From assembly GCA_905331295.1 (NCBI GenBank), contig CAJNYD010000058.1, positions 62,001 through 126,000 of the forward strand: DNA of 64,000 nt, read 5' to 3'. Position 1 is the first letter of the stretch. Every line of letters starts with the position of its first letter. This document shows, in pieces, positions 1 through 13,863 of the stretch. This stretch comes from Rotaria socialis. Its lineage: Eukaryota. Below the pieces are notes generated by a model, which was not told the origin of the DNA, searched no databases, and saw only the letters and a program-made list of their open reading frames with translations. A program made the position numbers and the translations under genes.

Positions 1-975
1 CGAAGTAGTTTGATAATTCTAGCATGCACGATATGAGAAACAAAAATCAAGAAAAAATCATCTTCTACAAGAAAATTTAATGAATTTGTTTTTCTTGCAT
101 AAGAGTTTAATGCTGTCTGAGATACTCAGAAACGGATTTTCGAGATAACATGTAAGAATTCTATTGAATTACAGAAAATAATCATTTTTAAGATAAGAAA
201 ATTGATCTTTCATATACAGTCATATTAAAATAAAAAACTATCACAAGTTTTACACCAGCATACTTACAGACAAAAAGCTGTTAAAGCTAATCTATTTTTT
301 AATGGAAAGTTTAATGAATTAGAAAATTAACATTTCAATATTTAATAAAGCATTTAACGTAAAGATATTTATCCAACGGGTGAATATTTTTTTAACAAAA
401 AACAAGTAATGAAGGATTTCTCTACATGGAATCTCATGTAATCATCGCAACATGTTGAATATATTCTCGAACAATGCATGCGTATTGTTCGTTAGGTATA
501 CTCACTACTTTGAAATGCACAGCTCGTATTCATCACTCAATCAAAAAGTATTTGATCAAACTAATCCTATGAACAAACCTGTTTGTTGGCAAATAGTCTG
601 TAAGTCTTCTTGCTGAGGCACTAGACTTGCATTTGAGCCCATATCGATAGTGAATATTAATCTAAAATGTGTAGATACAGCTAAAGCAAACATTCTCCTG
701 TTGAAGTGGAATACAGCTCAAGGCTTATGACCCTTTACATCAGTGCGACATGCATAGTATATGACTAGCAATTAAATATTCAATGCATTATTAAAATCGA
801 TTGGTTCATGTAGTTATTATTTTTTTTCCGTTAAACGTTCTTATCAAGCGAAGTAATACAAAAGATTCATCAAAGATTTTGTTCGTTAACAAAAAAACTT
901 AACAATGAATAACAAATAGTTTGAAATAATAAAAAAAGAGAGACTACGCTTTGCGATGAAAAGAAACCAAAAAGA

Positions 976-3861
976 TCACTCTTCAGATTCACCTGGTAAA
1001 CGAATATCATCAATTTTAAGTATCATTCGGACGAGTTGAGTTGCTAAACTTATCTGTTGTCTTTTACCAATAAGTGTTTCAATAACTGATTGAGCTTTCA
1101 TATCTAAATGTGAATATATTCTTTTTTAGTTATTTGTTTTAAATTCAAAAATAGTCAAACTTACCATTTGTTCCTTTATTCAAACAATCAATGCCTAATC
1201 GTGAATTGTTTTGAGCGATTTGTTGCGCTTTAACATCAGACACGAGTTTTATTGGTGAAAAACCACTATTTTCAGCCAAAGCCAATGGAACTGATTCAAG
1301 TGCATCAGCAAATGCTCGGATAGCATACTGTTCAATCGTTGGAATCTAAGTGGAAATAAATTTTTATCGAAATGAATTAAATATAAATTTATGTTCGAAC
1401 CTTGTTTGCTTCTTTGGCAACTTCAATGGCACATGATATTTCACAAGCACCACCACCGTAAACGATTCGATTGTCACGTACAAGATTTCTGACAACACAT
1501 AATGCATCATGTAAAGCACGTTTTGCTTCTTCAACAATCTAAAAATGTGTTTGTTAGAAAAATGTATTCTTTAGTCAAGTGAAACCATTCAGATAATTAC
1601 TCACGAACGATAATGATATCATATATTTACAGAAGTTATATAGAATTTTTATGAAACTATTATTTTATTTCCCAACTTGACTATTGCATAGTTTTCTTGA
1701 TATTATTAGAATGAAAGATGAACTTCTACGTATTAAAAATTTTCTCTTTTGATTTCATATCAACTGGAAGTCTCAAAGTACTTTTATGATGAATAGAATA
1801 CTCGATAGTTTTGTATTTTATCTTCGTGTTGACGATTTTCAAGATTACAATAGTCGATATTACCTCGATTTTGTCTTTGACAATACATCATACTTGCAAA
1901 AATAAGTGCATCTCAAAAAAATCTCTCTTTCTCTTATGAAAGCAAGTAAATCATATGCTATCGAATAACAAAGCAATTAACTCTATGATCAACCATGCTG
2001 ATATTAACAAAAGTCTAAGAATGTATTTTTTCTAAGATGTTTTGAACTATTCATAAAAAACCAGCTTGTGATCATATTATGCATTCATTCTATACAAGAC
2101 TCTGGCGTCAATAACAGATTGATACTTAGAGTAAATGATAATTTCAAATTAGAAAATTAATTTCATGAACATCTATATTTACTATCTTTGTCTACGACGA
2201 TATGTATTTATTCCAATAGATTCATTATCCTAACGATGCATTTTTTTTTCTATGTGCTCACAATCACGAATTCCTAAATATATCATAGTGGAAAAAAAAC
2301 TTACCATTTTATTGCCTCCACGAACGAAAATTGTGCATGTATTTGATTTTGCACATTTTTCAATACATAACATATGATCACCAGTTGTACCAAAATCAAG
2401 TTCATATACATGTCCGGCAAAACCTAATTTTTCTGATGTAAGTTCTTGAAATCTTGGCACAATACGGCCACCCGTTGCAATAGCAATTAACTCGATTTCC
2501 GGCCCACCAACCCAACGCACAGCTGGTAAATCCTGAGATAAAAGTAAATGATTTGCTTCATCATCAAAACCCCATTGACAAATAACTAAATTGGCACCAG
2601 AATCTTTAATCTAATTGAATCAAATTTAAATTTAAAGCCTTTTCTTTTATTGTATAATTTTTTACATACTGATTTAATCATTTCACTGAATTTTTCTTTT
2701 TCATATTCACGTAGTTTTTTATAATCTTCAACATTAGTTATATCTAATTTATGTTTTGTTTTTGGTTTTGGTGGTTCAAATGGACATGTTAAAATAGCTA
2801 TTTTAGCATCACGAACTTCCTATAAATATAGAATTGTTTTTTTTCTATCACACTGATAATTTATAAGCAAAAACAAACTTTGGGCATTTGTGGATGTGAA
2901 AATGTTTTATCAATAACAACTCCTTTAACTAAAATAGTATCTTCAAGACGACCGCCAACTTTGCCTTGAACTTTAATAAGTTCAAAATTTACATCACGTC
3001 GTTCCATGTCAGCAACATTCATGATAGCACTAACAGCTATTTCAGCCATTTGATATTGACAGCGATTGATACTTGATTAAATAAAATCAAGAAATATTTA
3101 TATATATATATAACGTTTAGAATACGTTATTATTTTTTTCTCCTACATTTTTGATCCAAGTGTTGTCATTGCTGTATTAATTAACGGGTCAATTTTGTTT
3201 AAATCAAGTGGATAAGATTCAGCGATTTTATCCAAATGATCGAGTGCAATTTTTGCTGCTAATTCATATCCATCTGCTATACGAATTGGATGAATACCTT
3301 TGTCAAGTAAGGCTTCAGCTTGTTCTAGTAAGGCACCCGCCAAAACTATTAGTAATAGGATTAGAAAAAAAATTCCAACAGTTATACTTCAACTAAATTA
3401 TTACAAGGACAACTTACCGACAACGCCAGTTGTACCATCACCTATTTCATCATCTTGTGATTTTGATAATTGAACAAGTAACTTTCCAATTTCATTTTCA
3501 ACATGCATCATACTAAGTATCGTTGCGCCATCATTCGTTATTGTTATATCACCATCAGGTGAAACCATACATTTATCCATTCCTATAAAACAAAACTAGA
3601 TAATGCATGATCGATGAACATAAACCTGGCAAATTTACCTCGTGGACCTAATGATGTTTTAAGTGTATTAGCTACTGCTTTAGCGGCCAATATATGTGAC
3701 TAAAACATCGAAGGGAAAATTAGAAAAAAAAATAGAAATGATTCGTTCGCAATAACCTTGTGTGCTTCGATACCAAATAGACGTTTTTTCGAATCTTGTC
3801 CCCTGAGTATAATTACTGGACGACCGAATTCGTCGAAAGCTAATGTTCCTACCGATGGCAT
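976..3861 (-). CDS. CCT5: T-complex protein 1 subunit epsilon (chaperonin CCT5), about 10 exons
   Basis: Spliced translation starts [20 protein letters not shown] and contains [77 protein letters not shown] and [12 protein letters not shown]. It ends [20 protein letters not shown] (stop at 976-978). GT-AG introns are mostly 50-75 nt, with one of about 765 nt. Confidence 0.97.
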
Positions 3862-4288
3862 TTTTCTGTTAAAGATTAATCTAAATCAAACAAAAACTTA
3901 GTAATGAGAAACACGTTAAAGAATAATCATAAGCAGGTTTCAGTGATAAATATATCACTACAATTACACCGATTATTTGTTTGTATTCAGTCCTGTTGAA
4001 TAAATAAGAATAGTCTAATGCGTTCTGATATTAACGATTGGTAGAATGTGAAATGACTGGTTTAAATATATTTATTATTTCATATAAAGAAAATTAAAAA
4101 AAACTAATAATTCATTTATTCATGAAAGACTTAAAATTGAAAAATTCAATCAATATTGCAAAAACTGTAACATCACAGAGGTCATTGCTTAGGAACAAGC
4201 CGTTTAGAAGCTCAATGATAGATGGCGGTTATCAATCATTCCCTTTTTTCTTTCTCAAGTTTGAATATTTGATTCGAAATCAAAAGAA
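3862..4288. promoter_or_regulatory. Putative bidirectional promoter between CCT5 and the FAM221B-like gene
   Basis: 427 bp between divergent ATGs. Contains an RFX X-box-like ATTGCTTAGGAAC (4184-4196) and a YY1-like AGATGGCGG (4220-4228). Confidence 0.45.
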
Positions 4289-6818
4289 ATGAACAAACGT
4301 CCGACACCAGGTTAAAGTAGGAGTAATGTTTTGCTTTTTTTTATAATTCATCGTCTGGCAAATTCATCTCGATTATTTTTTTGATTATTCTTGTTATTAT
4401 CGAACTTTTTGTTTTATTTTGACAGGATCACAACAGCAGCGTCCATCTGCCTCGTATCGATCATCATCTGTTGATGTTCCACGTATGTGCCTTTTAATTT
4501 CTCTTAGTTGCAAAACTTTGTTTAATCATATATGTTAGGCTCAGCTAATAGATCATTGGTGCCGACCAATTCTCGAAATAATGCATTAGAACGCGTTGCA
4601 AAGAATCCAATCCGTTTTCATGAAGAAAATGGAATGATGGTTCCTGATGGTTAGCATCTTTGGTTAAACTTCTTATTTAATTGTCTTTATTTTTATAGGT
4701 TACACTGCAAGACAAATTCGCCCAGCTGCAAGAGCTGATATTGTACGTAGATACTGGTTTTGAAATTTAAAATTTTTGAAAATAAGTCGTACACATAATA
4801 CGTGTAACACACTCAAATTTGAAGTAAAAATTTAGTTGCTCTTGTTAATCACATTATATGACAATATTCTATGTATTGACGTATATATTTCTTTAATATT
4901 CTGTTATCTGATGTTTCTATGATGTTTTGTAAAAGAGAAAAGACAGTCTCAATGTCTTATTGATACAGTTCAATATTCCTATTAGATCATATTTGAAAAA
5001 TTACCTTTTCTTTCTTATTGATCAAAGGTGACAATGGCTCGAGCAATGAATCATGATTTTGCACCAAAAGCAAAAGCCATGTTTCAAAGTGAAATTGATG
5101 CAGCACATGATGCCATAGAAAATGATCTTTATATAAGTTATCGACAACCAGGGAAAGATTTCGATTGTTATCGAATAGGATCTAATGGAAAGTGTTTTTG
5201 TGGTCATACACTTAGCGAACATGTTAAATTTACTGGTATTAAATCATTTATCTTTTTAAAATTTATTTCTTGTTGTTAAATATGATAAGGTAAAGTCAAT
5301 CGTTTGAAATGTCGAACAGCTAATTGTACTTGCGATGCATTTGCTTATGTTCCATCGCGACCCGATGAAGTTGGAGAATTTTGGTTAACGAAACGACCAG
5401 GTTTCGATGCATCCACTTGGCGTGCTAAATGTAAATGTGGTCATCCACATGATCGACATGAACCAAAACATAAGCGATGTAAAGGTTTGTTCATTTCGAT
5501 GTAGAAATAATTCCAAAAAAGATTTCTTATTACTATTTTCTTCAGAATGTGGCTGCAGTAATTTTATTTCGAATTTTTCATGTGCTGCTTGTAACAATCA
5601 TTGGGAACAACATGAAACATTTTTTGAACGTGGTAGTGAACGTGAACAACAAAAATTACCAACTGGTGAATTTTATATGCCATTCTCTGAATTACCTGAT
5701 ATGCAACAAGTGATTTTGACGGGATCGGATGCACATATGCCAAGTCCATATTTAGATGCAGCGCCAAGACGACCATCTATTCAACAAAGTGGAGAAATTA
5801 GAGGACGTGCTGCTGCACTACGTAAGTTTTCTTTTCAAATAGAACTGAGAAAATTATCTAATGATATGATATGATATGGAGAAAACACGATTTCAATATG
5901 CTGAGAAGTTATTGCTATGTTTAATGAAGAAAAGTGTAATTAACGTTAATTTTAGGTTGAAAGTTTGTGCCTAGATTTTCTATCATTTCTAGAACAAGAA
6001 ATACAAGGCGAACTAATAAATGTTAAATACGTGTTTTCATATAAATTGAGAACGAGAATTATACATCAAACTTCTTCTTTGAAGTTCCTTAATAATTGGA
6101 AACAGCAGTGGCAATGTTAATCACTAAATCTAGAGTATTATAGAAAATTTCATTTCAACAGAGAAAATATTTTTCCAAATCTGAATAGTTCGAAAACGTG
6201 AGTAATTGACTGTTCTAAATATTGATGTTCCTACTTTTTATACAGTGAAAAATAATCGATAGTAATGCATTGATTCGCCCTAGTGACTATGTGATCAATA
6301 ACAAAAGACACGAACTGCTCAAATGATAATACGAAAAAGTCGAAATACGATGCTTCCACGCTAGTTGATATCTGTACAAATGCAATACAATCTATTTTAG
6401 ATCTAATTGACATGAGCAATAGAGTATTTTTTCCATCATATCAGTGATAAGCATGAATCTAGTATTTTGACAAGAAAAAATTTTAAAGTATTATTTTGTG
6501 CATTGTAAAAAGACGAAGTTCATTTCTCAAATAATCAATTTTAATGGAAACTGCCAACAGATTCTTAGAAATTGTTCAGTCAAAGCATTTCCTATTTGTC
6601 TATCTAATGCGACTTGAAAGCATATTTGTATTTCACATTTTAGTAAAATTCAGTCAGTGCTAGTAATACTTTGATTTTTAGAAACATCTAATCGTGCAGC
6701 AATTGGGTACGAACAACAGCCGAATCCATCCATACGTAATGATCGTAGTACAAATGCTAATAATCGAAGTCCAGTACGCGGTCCATTACGCGGCAGTCAT
6801 CGAGCAACTGAAGAATGA
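4289..6818 (+). CDS. FAM221B: FAM221B-like Cys/His-rich protein, about 8 exons
   Basis: Exons joined by GT-AG introns give motifs characteristic of FAM221B: DCYRIGSNGKCFCGHTLSEH, FAYVPSRPDEVGEFWL, WRAKCKCGHPHDRH and NFSCAACNNHWEQHETFFE. Inferred ATG at 4289; inferred last exon 6681-6818 ending TGA. The terminal exons are less certain. Confidence 0.85.
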
Positions 6819-7374
6819 ACATAGAGCAGGTTCTTTTTTGATAATGCGACCGGTGCCGCTTTTCTGTTATGTTTTTTTAATCTGTATATTCCACTTTGTA
6901 ATAGTTATTCTGGCTTATTCACTAAGACGAAATTTGGGGAGCTACAAGCGCATTTCAGAGTCGTAATTTCCTTTTTTTTTTATAGTTTGCACTGAATAAT
7001 TTCCTATTTGACAGAGAATAAAATAACAAGAAAAAAAAATAGATTCAAATCCATTGTTATTAAACATGATTCAACAATATTCTTATAGACTAGATGCGTT
7101 CTTAAGCATTATTCGTTGTATTACACATATGTTTCACTAGAAATATTTCATTGATTAGACTGTTGCTAATTATTTGATCATAGCCGATGAAATCTCATAA
7201 TTAGAGTAGGATTCCTATGCCAAACATGATTGCTTATACATATTTTAAAACTTTTCCACATGATTATACCAGCTTCTACAATAAACAGATCGAAGTATTG
7301 AAAATTTGAAAGCGATTTTTTACTTGACCAGAAAAAATCTCACTTTCTCTATTTTTCTAACAAAACCAAAACGC

Positions 7375-8235
7375 TTAATTTTCTATTTTATTCTTTAATA
7401 TCCAAGCTTCCCATAACATAACGTAGTGATATACGATTTCATGAGTTTGTTCTAGTGATTGTTCGATCTGACAGTAAATACATGATGATCCACTTAAAAA
7501 ATTCATATGTGATCCAAATTGTATAATACGAAAATATTTTATCATATTACTATGAATAAGAGCAGGTAGAATTTCGAATTCACAACCTTCACAGTTTATA
7601 CTAATCATATCAATGATACCATTTTGTGTTCTTGTATTGCGAATATTTTCAATAACTTGTACTACGTTGAGCAACTGAATTGTTTGAATATTCGCTGAAT
7701 TTTTTAAGGATAATTTTCGAAAAATACTTGTACCAGCATTATCAGTGTCAAATAGTTCAATGGACACATTTCTTGCTTGACTACCAAGTCCGTAAGGTTG
7801 AATTTCAATTTTTGGATTTGTTTTAAATTTTTCTACGAGTCCTTTTGACATTTCTACTATCGGTTCAAAACTAATTATTGAAGGGTTGTACAGTGTAATA
7901 AATTGAGATGTATCAAGTCCAGTATTTCCACCAACTTCGATAATGAGTGACGAAGAATTTAATAAATTTTTAAAAGACGTATGACGTAGTCCGTGAACAG
8001 TCCAAAATTGATCATTTCGACTCTGTTTTAAGCAGTTTTTATATTTTGGAACGTCAATATATGAAAGATTCTTCCAACTATTACAGGAAAATATTTCATG
8101 AACAGCTGATATTGTAGAATCACTTGCAGATGTAGTTAATGTTAAAAAATCGTTATTTGATTTCAAGAAGTATAACATTGGCAAAGAAGTCATGACAATT
8201 GTTAGACCAGTAATAAGTTTGAAACGTGCGCTCAT
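7375..8235 (-). CDS. FkbM-family (Methyltransf_21-like) SAM-dependent methyltransferase with N-terminal membrane anchor, intronless
   Basis: 286-aa ORF with IIEVGGNTG (motif I), SFEP, PYGLG and IDMISINCEGCEFEIL, plus a hydrophobic segment at about aa 6-24. Confidence 0.85.
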   Translation of the reverse strand: MSARFKLITGLTIVMTSLPMLYFLKSNNDFLTLTTSASDSTISAVHEIFSCNSWKNLSYIDVPKYKNCLKQSRNDQFWTVHGLRHTSFKNLLNSSSLIIEVGGNTGLDTSQFITLYNPSIISFEPIVEMSKGLVEKFKTNPKIEIQPYGLGSQARNVSIELFDTDNAGTSIFRKLSLKNSANIQTIQLLNVVQVIENIRNTRTQNGIIDMISINCEGCEFEILPALIHSNMIKYFRIIQFGSHMNFLSGSSCIYCQIEQSLEQTHEIVYHYVMLWEAWILKNKIEN

Positions 8236-11200
8236 TTTAAACGATGATGATTTCCGATGAATTAAATTCAGTTACCAATTAGGACAATATTAGTTTTGAT
8301 TCGAATGTTGTCTTTCTATGAAATTATATATTCTGAAAATAGAATCGTACTAAGTTAACATTGTTAGATAGAACTACAGCAAGTTATGTTCTCAAAAAGA
8401 AATAAACCAAACAAGATTCGAAAACACAGATCTTTCATACAAATTTGGCAGTATTTTTCTGAACTCTTACTATACCGTGAATTATTACTCAGAAAATTTT
8501 TCCACAAAAATTTCTCCTGACCTTAATGATATTTTTTTTAAAATCTAAAGTGTAAATCAATGATGTCTTTTGACTAAATCAAAGTTGAAAAACAGATGAA
8601 CCTTCATTTTTCTAAGGAGAAAAAACTCTTTCTGATTAGAACCATTCTCGAAGTAACAGTCAATAAAAACTTGATTATTGAGACAGTATAGTCAAAATTA
8701 TCCTAGTAATGCATAGGGTGGGCTAGTTATCGAAAAGATACCCTCACTACAATAGTTTCAATTCGATGGAACGACTAGTCAGTGCGCTTCTGTAAATTTA
8801 ATAAAGGCTTTTACCAATAAAAATCTAGTTTAGATTACAGTAGAAAATTTTTCAATCCGACAAGTTCTAGTTCATGAAAGTGTAAAGAGCTTTCAAGCCT
8901 AGATAGACGATTATTTGTACAAATTTTCTAAGAATATCTCATCCTATACTAAGAATCTAGTACATCTGCCATCAATTTTTATTGAAGACCTATAAGTTGC
9001 CATCACTTGATTTATCTAAAGTTGGAAATTTAAGTTGCAGATTATTGGGAAGAATTCATTAGTCAAACATATAGCTGTAGGTGCTATTAGTTATGCTGTG
9101 TTCGGTTGATAGATCAACAATCTGTTTCGAATACTGAAAATGAAAACGAGGTGATAACGCGTTAGTAGATGGAACCAATACAATGTTACAGGACGAAGAG
9201 AAAAAGATTAGTAGCGATAAAATAGTGCCACGTTCATGTGTTACTTATTCGCAATAGTGACGCAAAATTTGTGTGCTTCTAAACGTCACACTCGTCGTCG
9301 AAAAGAAGCTCAAGTAGAAAGAGATAAAAGGAAATTTTGTATTGATTTCATCGCGCAGAAAGAATAAAATTGAGAAATTGCAGTCAAACAGCTTGAATAG
9401 ATAAATATGAAGGAAGACAAAGGATAGAGCAAGGTGTCCAAAGAAAGAAAAACTCAATATTGATCAACTTAGAATAAATCTTGAATGACATAACAGTCTT
9501 AAAAGCTTACAAAAAAATTCACTCAAATATCAGATACCTTTGAATTTTCTATCTCAACAAAAAAATCGTGGTTTCACGTAGGAAAATTGAGTTGCTCATA
9601 GGAATGTTCGATTAATTAACATACTTTTCTTGTTACTTCATGCATTATATTCGATCGTCAGTAGAATTTATCTTTTGTTTTCACCACGTATTATTTCATG
9701 TTAACACTGACTTTCTTTTATTGAAGTTCAAAAATCAATAGCACTGACAATTCAAAAATAATTATTAATCATAAATCATAACTTATTATTTCAATGGCTC
9801 AATAATAGAAAAAGGATGAATATGGTATGACATGAGTTGTATAAGAAGAATAGATAAGTTATTCATACCTAACTGTAAATTATTGCAAAATGATTAATCT
9901 GTAAATCTTTCAAGAACAGATAAAAAAAAAAACGTTTATAAATAAAAACATTCCATTGTAGTCATTGGTTCTTTGTTTATATTATCCTTAAGTGAGAACT
10001 TCTCACTGAGAAGTTGAACGATTTCTCACGTTGATTACTGCGACAATGGAAAAAAATGTTTCCATTGGAAACTGAATCTGCCTCTGGAAATAGAGTCATA
10101 CTGTAATAATAAATAATAAAAGCTAATATTCATATGTGTCCAATAGGTCATATCTATTTTCGATTTGAATCACATAGTATGAAAACTTTTATATGAAGTA
10201 TAATTGATTATTTCTCAGTAATAAAACGTTTTATCGACATACCTCATTTTGTAAATCCATGAATGATTGTGCTATTTTCATTTGAATCAATACAAAGATG
10301 TGCCAAAAATAAGATATATTTCAGAATTTGCTTTTCATTCTTTTTCTTCTAACACTTGATTACATCCGTATGTATAGCATATTCCTTTGTTTTTTGGCAT
10401 TATGTATTCTCCAGATGATGCCAAGTAATGCTCGTCGAAAGTTTTCGTTACTTTTTATTCTACTATTTGTATTCAAAGCTAGCATTACAACATAATTGTA
10501 TCCAACCGACTCATAAACTGAATATTTTATGAAACTTCGTTATCATGAATTACTGTTGACTCACTTAACTAGTATTAACAAGAAGAAAACCTAAGTAGTT
10601 TTATTATTCAACTAATGAAGATACAAATGACATCGAAATTAGAAATATTTCATTTCCTTACTTTGTTAAAGTTGTGATAGTCTTATTGACTGCTGTATCA
10701 ATATGTGTGTCGGTAGTGATTCGTAGTGACAGTGAAATAGAAAGTTAAGAAAAATACAACAATATGCATCGATTTAATCGCGAAGATTTATTAGAAAGTA
10801 CATCAGTCAATCGATGTGTATTCATTCGTTAGAACGTTGGATGATTATGTCATGAAGAGCGCACATCTTTATGTTCGACTCGCTTTATTGATATTTACCG
10901 ATCAAAATACATAGACGGCGAAGAATTATTGAATAGTAAATAGAATCGAATAAAACAAATTCATTCTTTGAATCGAAAGCAAATCAGTCATTATTCTTTG
11001 ACCCTTTATACAGAAAGAATTGTTGTCGATCAAAAATGTATTTCTCATTTTTGAATGTTCTACTTTAAAACAAATGTCCAAAATGATGTAGGCGTGTTGG
11101 ATTTAATAGATGGAAATAATTATTCAATCATGTAAAAACATCTGTATAATTTTTTTCTTCAATTTCTGGAATATAATCATTTTATATGGAAAGAACCAAA

Positions 11201-12843
11201 AGGTTTAGCATCGTTTGATTTTAAAATCATATTCGAAATTAGAGTCTTTTTACAACCTGTCTGAAGTTTTGAAAGATAAGTATTGCAAACATATTTCAAA
11301 CGAACACATCAGTGTATTATTGTAAGTTTTATATTCGACAAAAATCATTGTCTATTTGAGATATTCAAAAATAAGTTTCCCAAATAGACAAATCCCCTAT
11401 CGAATAGTATAAAAAATGAAGTCTCTCGACTGTCTACATGCTACTCATAAAGGAAACAAGAGATTTCATTGTTCCACTTTTCTATATAGGACACTAATAT
11501 TGAAGCACTAAAAATATCTTTTTCTTTCTTTGTTAAATATAAATCTAGAAAAAGATACTAGTTTGATCTATGTGTAATTCTCATGCAAAACATAATCTAG
11601 TTCTTCTTGTTAATCATGTAGATTGTTTTATTCGATTCATTTGGTAATCGATTGGATGTGTCCTTCTAATTGTCTCCCCAAAGATATGATAGAAAAGAAG
11701 TTCATCTTTAGCTTAGATATTAATAATACAATAGATAATCATAATAATCAGTTTTGTGAATACATTTCATTTTATACATAACCTAAAAGACTTTCAATTA
11801 TTAATATCAATTCTATAATACATACAGTTATCAGCAATAGTTGGTTCGAAAAGTATCACAGGAAAAATGGTAAATACAGAAAACAAAAATATCAATACAG
11901 TCTTAAAGAATAATTTACTACCGAATCTATACCCAAGGGGAAAATCTTTGAGGATTTTGTAACGATGTATTGACGCTAAAAGAAAGAAGAATGGTTACAT
12001 TTAACTTCCGTTTTATAAGATGATTAATAGACCATCATATTTTACGCGAGAATTTATTGAAACTAAAACTACATATTATCTACCGTAATAGAATATATCT
12101 ACTTCTCTAGCAGTATACAAAACTGGAAATAAATAAAAGTTTTACAAACTGAAAATTCATTGCTCTCTGGTTAAAAACATTCAAAATTTCCCCTAAATCT
12201 ATCTGTAATGATAGTATATTTTCAAAGTATCAATTACTAGTAACAAATAATTGAGACCAATGAGCAAAAAATACAAGAAGATGCATATAGTACTAAATCT
12301 ACCTCATCATTTCTCACATTATTCAAGATAAAAATGATGGAAGCCGATAACGATATTCTATTGTCATTATGTTAGTCAATCGAGAGAATCATTTGGGATA
12401 ATATTTGCTTCGATGAACATGCAGACGTTCGTAATGAGTATAGTTGCCAGCTATATTGTCTTGTACTCTATTCACTCATCATCTTAGTATTTTAATTCGT
12501 TTCGATTTGAACGTTTGTTTATTTGTCGAATATTTTACATTCGTACTTTCAATTTCTAAAACGTTTACATGAGACCACAATAGATCAACCAATAGAGGCA
12601 GAATACATTTATTGATAAACCGAAAGCGACTATGATAATCTGAACATAAAATAATATAATTTATTAAACTACATGTGGCATATTCTAAATTTATCTGTTA
12701 TTTTTCTGACATCTTTCAAGCTGATATACAATTGCGTAGTAACAAGCACCAATCAGAATATCAACCTAGAGATCAGCTTTTTTTACGGCATTTCAGGCAA
12801 TCTATAAATCATTTTCCATTATCTTACATTCAACAAATTGATA

Positions 12844-13863
12844 ATGGCATTAACCACATTGAATCGATTACAACTGACGCCCGATATTAATATTTGCCGT
12901 ACATTAATTGGAATGTGGCAAGTATCTGGAAGTGGTTATGGGCGTATCGATCCCGTAGCTGCCGTAAAAGCTATGTTTGATTATCTAGATGCTGGTTTCA
13001 CAACATGGGACTTAGCAGATATCTATGGACCAGCAGAAGATCTAATGGGCGAATTTCGGCGTCAACTACTCGCTACTCGTGGTGAAACGGCTCTATCCAG
13101 TCTTCAAATCTTCACCAAGTGGGTGCCGCAACCGACAAAAATGACGAAAAAACTGGTAGAAGAAAGTATTAACAAGTCTTTGACAAGAATCGGTGTGAAA
13201 TCCATAGATTTGCTTCAGTTTCATTGGTGGGACTATCACAATAGTAATTACCTTGATGCTCTACAATATTTATCTGAGCTGCAAAAAGAAGGCAAAATAA
13301 AACATTTGGGTTTGACAAATTTTGATACTAAACATTTAAAAATAATCCATGAAGCAGGCATTACAATCGTTTCTAATCAAGTGCAATTTTCCATCATAGA
13401 TCGTCGTCCAGAAGTCCACATGATACAACACTGTCAGAAGCATAATATTAAACTGTTAACGTACGGTACGTTATGCGGTGGTTTGTTATCAGAAAAGTAT
13501 CTCGGTAAACCTGAACCACGAGTCGAAGATATAAATACTCCGAGTTTGAAAAAATACAAGAATATGATCGATAGTTGGGGAGGTTGGGAGCTATTTCAAG
13601 AGTTACTCATCGTTCTCAAACAAATTGCAAATAAGTATGGCGTTAGCATCGGTAACGTAGCTGTGCGTTACATTTTAGACAAACCCACAGTTGGAGGTGT
13701 AATTATTGGTGCGAGATTAGGGTTAAGTGAACATCTAAATGACAATGCCAAAATATTTCAATTCAGTCTTGACAATGACGATGTTGAAAAGATAGATACT
13801 ATATCTCGAAAATCGCGAGATTTGTATCGAGTAATTGGTGACTGCGGCGACGAATATCGATAA
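12844..13863 (+). CDS. Aldo/keto reductase, intronless, cyanobacterial-like
   Basis: ATG at 12844. The AKR tetrad is present in TWDLADIYG (D, Y), IFTKW (K) and LQFHWW (H). Also GKIKHLGLTNFD, VSNQVQFS, YGTLCGGLLSEKY and C-terminal IGDCGDEYR. Confidence 0.93.
   Translation: MALTTLNRLQLTPDINICRTLIGMWQVSGSGYGRIDPVAAVKAMFDYLDAGFTTWDLADIYGPAEDLMGEFRRQLLATRGETALSSLQIFTKWVPQPTKMTKKLVEESINKSLTRIGVKSIDLLQFHWWDYHNSNYLDALQYLSELQKEGKIKHLGLTNFDTKHLKIIHEAGITIVSNQVQFSIIDRRPEVHMIQHCQKHNIKLLTYGTLCGGLLSEKYLGKPEPRVEDINTPSLKKYKNMIDSWGGWELFQELLIVLKQIANKYGVSIGNVAVRYILDKPTVGGVIIGARLGLSEHLNDNAKIFQFSLDNDDVEKIDTISRKSRDLYRVIGDCGDEYR

Noticed and set aside
340..760. Possible decayed coding remnant downstream of CCT5
   Set aside because: No sustained frame or recognisable motif.
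10700..11240. Coding-like degenerate stretch (ERWMIM..., HFIWKEPKG)
   Set aside because: Many stops and no family identifiable by eye.
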